A DNA stretch of 27,976 nt from Asterias rubens (Eukaryota): the NCBI RefSeq assembly GCF_902459465.1. It is one part of the record NC_047068.1 of this genome. One strand, 5' to 3'. Numbering within the stretch: position 1 is the stretch's first letter; each line of letters opens with the position of its first letter. The translations under genes were made by a program, and so were the position numbers. Of the stretch, positions 22,810 through 27,976 are shown piece after piece. The notes beneath the pieces were generated by a model that did no database searches, was not told the origin of the DNA, and saw only the letters and a program-made list of their open reading frames with translations.

Positions 22810-23265
22810 CGTCACGTGATAGCAAATAAAAGTACCATTGCACGCTGAGTCACTCGCCGTGCTTTTTCGTTCCATCTGAAAAGTACCATTGCACGCTGGC
22901 AGCGTGCAATGGTACTTTTCGGATGGAACGAAAAAGCTGAGTAAAAACATCACTGCGTGCGCGTGTCTTTGGTAACGCAGCAGGTGTTACTGCAAGAAGG
23001 CATAGTAAAATTACTAGCATTCGGCTTCTACAGTTGAAATTGTTTGTTTTGAAAGTTGTTTCTTTCAATCAAAATGACAAAGTTCTACTTGGATGTTATA
23101 TAAAACAAATAATGAATGTTTTTCATTCGTGCAATGGTGCGAATATGTTCATTCGTTGAAAGCTGGAATGTTCCATTCAACTCGGCTCCGCCTCGTTGAA
23201 TGGAACATTCCATCTTTCAACTCATGAACATATTCGCACCATTGCACTCATAAACATTCATTATG
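22810..23265. mobile_element. Non-autonomous palindromic (MITE-like) element with two long hairpins
   Basis: Hairpin 1 has 38-bp arms at 22861-22898 and 22900-22937 (1 mismatch, 1-nt spacer). Hairpin 2 spans 23109-23264 with a 13-nt loop, TCGGCTCCGCCTC. Both share GTGCAATGGT and retain CpGs. Confidence 0.7.
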
Positions 23266-24799
23266 TGTATATTGTAACATCTACTAAATACTGTATCGGT
23301 TGTGAGTGTTCTTTTAATTCTTTCCATTTTTTGGATTATAATGAGTATAATAAGAAAGTCTAATTCATTATCAGTCACACAGCAGTCTACGTGTACTTAT
23401 ATTACATTGGTAGTAAGTAATATAACAGGTCTGTTGTTATTATGTATGTTGTACTTCTCGTACAGACTCTAGGGAAATGATTCCTGTTTCATTTGATGCT
23501 TGAATTGACTCATTATCCAGAAATGTCAACATACAAAAGTAATTTCATTTTGTGGAATGTCTTCTAGCTATAACTAACCTGCTTCTCAATCTTAATAATG
23601 TCTAGTCTGAGTGGTCTTTAGGGGATTTCTTTCTCATGAGTATGGTGGGCTATGGTTCTGAGCAAAACATTGAGGATGGCTGATTTTTTTTTTTTTTAGT
23701 TTACGTTTTTTGTTTTTTTTTGGGGGGGGGGGTTAAAGGTACAGAGCATGCACTCTACCCAACTCTGAAAGTAAAAACAATTATTTGTGGCAAAAGAAAT
23801 TTAGCATATTTTCCATTCTGAAACTGCCCATCCCTTATTTTTAGCTGCTTCACAAGCCCCTTCCTCCTAAAAAAGGATGTTTTTGTATGTCTGGACCATT
23901 TTTGATGAAGTTTCAGAAGAAGACAAAAATCCTCCCACTGTGATTTTATGACTATGTTTCTTACCGTATTTCCTGGGCCAACTGCCTCTTGCCAAAAAGT
24001 GCTTAGAATCAAAGTCCACGGTACCTTGGACTTCACATAATATCAGCTGAACAAACAGATGAAACCCATGTACTACGTGTACATGAACATGCACTGCTAC
24101 ACTAGCCTAGTAGAAGGTCTGTGGGGGTGGGGGTGTTGGGGAAGGACCAGTCTTTCATATTTGCAGTGACATATTTGCCCATTGACTAGTAAATACAAGT
24201 ACAGAAGTTCAAGTTCCCATTTTTGATTCTATGATATATTCAATTGGTGGTTGATGGATCCTCTAATAATTCACTTCTTGTATGTAATTGCATTGTCAGA
24301 TTATTTGAGTCTAGCAGGAACACTTGCTGTTTAACCATACATTGTCTTTAATCCGTTATAGACTTAAAAGGTCAAGTATGGGCATCAGAAGTTACTCAAT
24401 AGCTTAGTTTTTAATTTAATTTTCATTTCTGTTTGTCAGTCTGTTTCTTCAGATTGAAAATGTGTTGGGTCTAAATCAACAGATAATTATATTGTACAGT
24501 TAATTATCAGGTTAGGTAGGTACAAATAGATGAACTAATATTGTGACTTGGTGTAAAGTTACAATATCATAGCATATAGGAGACATATGTACAATGCATA
24601 TAGTGTGCAGTAATACATTACATCTACATCATTTGTCTGTGAGATATTAGCTCAAACTAACACAAGTTTGGTGTAATATTTCCTTTGTTCATGTGTCTAT
24701 GTAAACATCTTTTCAATGACTCAAAATGACCAAATATGGAAATTGAAGTATGTTCCAAAGTGTGCGTGTGATTTAAATTCCTAATTTATCTCTCCACAG

Positions 24800-24870
24800 A
24801 TGTCTATCTTCACCCTTCATGGGGGTCTGACACCACACGTCACCCCCCTGGTTACTCCAGACACACTTGA
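24800..24870 (+). CDS. Candidate alternative terminal coding exon segment, (D)VYLHPSWGSDTTRHPPGYSRHT*
   Basis: Branch-like CTAAT (24781-24785), pyrimidine tract and CACAG acceptor (AG at 24798-24799). In phase 1 it reads 23 codons to TGA at 24868-24870. The phase is assumed from the neighbouring exon. Confidence 0.35.
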
Positions 24871-24935
24871 CTTTGGATTGTTCTTTGTTCTAATGGGTTT
24901 CCCTCTCTCCATTTATCTTTGTTTTCCCGCTGTAG

Positions 24936-24992
24936 GTTCATTAAGTCAACAGAGTACGTTCAGTTATGCAAGCACGTCACCCACGAGTACAG
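24936..24992 (+). CDS. Candidate internal 57-nt phase 1-1 exon, (G)SLSQQSTFSYASTSPTST(G), Ser/Thr-rich; host gene not recognised
   Basis: CTAAT at 24890-24894, long pyrimidine tract ending TGTAG, an open symmetric 57-nt frame, and donor CAG|GTAACT. Confidence 0.6.
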
Positions 24993-25081
24993 GTAACTTA
25001 GTTATTTCTCTTTACATGTCACTTGGGAGCCTCGTGTATTTATAAAAGTACAAGTGTCAGTCTGTGTTACCTGTTTGTTGT

Positions 25082-25118
25082 CATCGTCGTCGTCGCGTCG
25101 CCGGTGTTGTTGTTGTTT
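25082..25118. repeat. CpG-rich (TCG)n/(TGT)n microsatellite
   Basis: catcgtcgtcgtcgcgtcgccggtgttgttgttgttt seen directly. Confidence 0.8.
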
Positions 25119-26949
25119 TTAATGTTTAAGCTTTTCATTTGTCAGAGTTTGAAAAATGGATTCTCTGTAAGGATCTTTATAATAATCAATTTTGTTTTAT
25201 AGCAAAAATAAAAGAGGTGGGAAAAGATGTGAATATTTAATAGATAATAATAATAAACTATGCTTATAAAGTGCCTTACATCCATGGCTGGACCCTACAG
25301 CACTGTACAAATTATAACTACAAAAAAAAAAAAATTCAAGGCATTCAAAAATGAAAATTAAAATATGAAACAATCAAAATGGACCAGCCAATAATTAAAA
25401 CTACACAACACAAGAGTAAACAAATTATGAAAAATACCCCTAAAATGAATCAGGTTCACAGCATGCACTGCCTCCATGGCAATTCAGTCTAAGAATCTAG
25501 CATTTAATATCATCACTCAAGATCCTTCATCTCCCTCAAGATATTGTTCCCTCAAGTAGTCATATACAGACAGAATAATTACCCTGATTGCAATGCCATC
25601 TGTGTACTGCAGCTACATTTATATATCTGACCTTACAATATTTCTTAGTATTGAAATCAGATTTCTGGTGTGGGTCTGTACTGCCCGTGTGTGGTATACT
25701 AACCCCTAGCTTGATTGAAACTCTATCAGGAACCCTTTGGCCACAAAAAATATATTAATGCCACGTGATATCTATTCATGCCGGACGAGCAGTACCAAGT
25801 CAAAATAACTTCTGGCTATTTCTACAGAAGCTGGAATTGAAATCGGTGTTTCTAATTTGTAAGTTATAAATGTTTGAAGAGGGTTACATAGGGCAGGCAA
25901 TGCAAGATGCTGAATAGGTTGAAGAGACACGAGGCCTTGCCCGAATGATTAACCCCAATTTTACTAGTCATAAACATCATGTTTTATTCTCAAAGGGCAA
26001 ATAAAATTCCAGATAAATAATGGAAATACTCAAGCAAAAACATTGGCTGGAATTCATGGAGCTACTAGCTTAAAAATATTGCAGATAAATTTCTTTGAGT
26101 GAAAGATGAAGAGAAGATTGAGCCTCAGATTATTTTAATCCATTTCAGAATGAAGGCCTCAACATGATATCAAAATATCTGTAGGAGTCTTTTTCTAGCT
26201 AAAGAGTCCAAAGTAAAAAATAAAAATAAAAAATAAAACAAAAACGAGGAAAAAAATAAAAATGAAAATAAAAACATTGAGAAACAAATTAATCATGACA
26301 TCCATAAATACAATTCGTTCTCAGATCCTAAGATTAATGAAAACACAAGTAAACATTCTTGTTGCAGAGTATGTCAAACAATCGTTACAATAACATTATT
26401 AAAACCAACCCTTTCCCAACATACTGCATCTTTCATAGTTCATGAAGACTTAAACTTAACATGTTACGCATGATGATCGTCATTCTGAGGAACAAACTCA
26501 ACGTGAATCATGACCATAAAAACAACAACAGATTGTCCAGAGCTGCAGATTATAGTTTATAAATGCTTAGTGCAGAACTCCTTAATCTAAACATTTATAA
26601 TATTAAAGAAATAGATCTCTAGATTTATGAGCTTTATTGTAAATATCTATAAATTTGAAGGTAAGTAGAATAGAGGAGATCCAAAGTATCTGACATTTAA
26701 ACTTGTTTATGACCGGGTTTTTGCTGATTAAGCAGTTGAAGATTTGCAGTCGTGTTGTGAAGAAAAACTAAACAATATCTTTCGTAGAGAGTGGGCCTCG
26801 TGTTTGTGTAGTCAGCTTTGGTAATGATAAACAAAAGTACTTGTTTAATTCCAGTGACTTCTCTTTCTATTCAAGCAAACTAAATACAGAATAAATGATT
26901 GTATAATAATACACAGCACTTTCATGTTAGTGTTCACAGTCGTCAACAA

Positions 26950-27420
26950 GAGTCTCTGTCACATTCATGGTTTCTCCGATCATAGAATGTTATGAGTTCA
27001 TTCTAGGTTCCTATTTTAAGACATCCTGGACTTTCATGAAGATGGAGGGTTGTTTTCTATCAGCTATTGCTCTTGGCTTCATCTTCATTTATCAGCAATC
27101 TACGCTCTTTTCTTAGACTCCCTTGTGGAGATGTCTGTTTTTAACCTTATTGTCTTGGTTGACATGCAGCGATCCCTCCAGCACACATTCTCTCACTCAA
27201 TCACCATCTTCATGTTTGTCTTCTCGATGACGTCTTTGTGCCGTGTTCCTAGAGGGCACTTCTTGTGAACACACTTGTCGCAAGGGCCTTGGTGTATGTG
27301 ATGCGAATCGGATGAAGCCGGTTATTGGGGTCCATTCTTATCACATGATTGATCCATTAAGCTTGCTGGCTTCTAGTTCATTCGGGCATGCCTCGTTACC
27401 AAGTTTCTACATCAATGAAC
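26950..27420 (-). mobile_element. Decayed RTE-clade LINE, C-terminal part of ORF2
   Basis: Minus strand WINHVIRMDPNNRLHPIRITY (27356 downward; cf. WLGHV.RM.D.RLPK..LY), then RHKDVIEKTNMK..*ENVCWRDR (cf. R.KD..K.NMK...WE..A.DR), then RESKKRA*IADK*R (cf. E..R......KR..RK). Confidence 0.65.
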
Positions 27421-27779
27421 TTGTCTTACTGATAAATGCCACGAATTTATCGTCCAAAATGAGGTGTGTATATAAATCAGCATTGGATCCTAAAACAACA
27501 TCGAACATTGAACAAGAAATATAAAATACAAAGTACCAAAGTTATCAGACTGCTTAAAAAGGAAAATATTAATGTTAACAGCATGGACCAACTGTTTAAG
27601 TGGACAATTTATAAGTTATTTGTACGTGTATGTTATTTATCCGTTGGTGTTGTGGGCTTGAAATTAAGTGTATTTTCATGGTAGTCGGCTGGGTTGGTAA
27701 CAAAGGTTTTTAGTAGGCCTTATGAGATTTTGGTAGGCCGAAAAATGCATTATGTCGTGAGTCACAGCACAAACTTTAC

Positions 27780-27940
27780 AATACACCATATCACAGTTCA
27801 TAATTGTTTGTGATGATGATTTTTGCATTATTCTTCCACTAGCCCGTCGGGCTATCAAACTGGAAAAATGAGTAGCCCGGGTGTAAATCTGGTAGTCCAG
27901 GGCTAGGGGGCTAGCGGGTAGGTGGCAATTTTGACCCCTG
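27780..27940 (-). mobile_element. hAT-like non-autonomous element end with subterminal GGGCTA/TAGCCC repeats
   Basis: The reverse complement starts CAGGGGTCAAAATTGCCACCTACCCGCTAGCCCCCTAGCCC. TAGCCC/GGGCTA occurs at 27840, 27849, 27873, 27900 and 27908. The partner TIR was not found. Confidence 0.45.
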
Positions 27941-27976
27941 GTGTTTCTAGGAAGCTAAAAGATAGGAATTCATGTA

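Noticed and set aside
24800-25045. 81-aa ORF with an apparent transmembrane segment (FGLFFVLMGFPLSIYLCF)
   Set aside because: The hydrophobic stretch is the translated polypyrimidine tract of the 24935 acceptor, and the ORF also runs through a donor site.
1116-27858. Remaining 60-100 aa ORFs in the track
   Set aside because: Many start at non-ATG codons, none shows a recognisable protein family, and their number and size fit random expectation.

Overview
AT-rich eukaryotic (animal) non-coding DNA. There is no operon, rRNA, tRNA or CRISPR array, and no long genuine CDS. The recurrent TAGGCCTA (279-286, 4565-4572, 7612-7619) and TACATGTA words suggest a marine invertebrate, possibly an echinoderm; this is inference only. 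The window most likely lies inside a large intron-rich + strand gene. The best coding candidate is a 57-nt phase 1-1 Ser/Thr-rich exon (24936-24992). A second strong acceptor 136 nt upstream of it would give a short stop-containing terminal exon. The rest consists of: (i) heavily decayed non-LTR retroelement remnants (an RTE-type RT tail, a CR1/L2-type endonuclease, Penelope-like RT and GIY-YIG pieces, an L2-like 3' tip); (ii) four homogeneous minisatellites (48 bp x20, 35 bp x14, 41 bp x~8, 23 bp x~37.6); (iii) several two-copy tandem duplications; and (iv) young CpG-rich foldback/MITE-like elements. The two long ORFs in the track (374 aa and 351 aa) are artefacts of the 48-bp repeat. I found no clearly novel protein-coding system. 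The most interesting signals are the alternative-acceptor exon cassette, minisatellites apparently born inside decayed retroelement coding sequence, a binary-variant GATA-hairpin array, and a double-hairpin element. All retroelement assignments come from manual translation and motif recognition, not from database searches.
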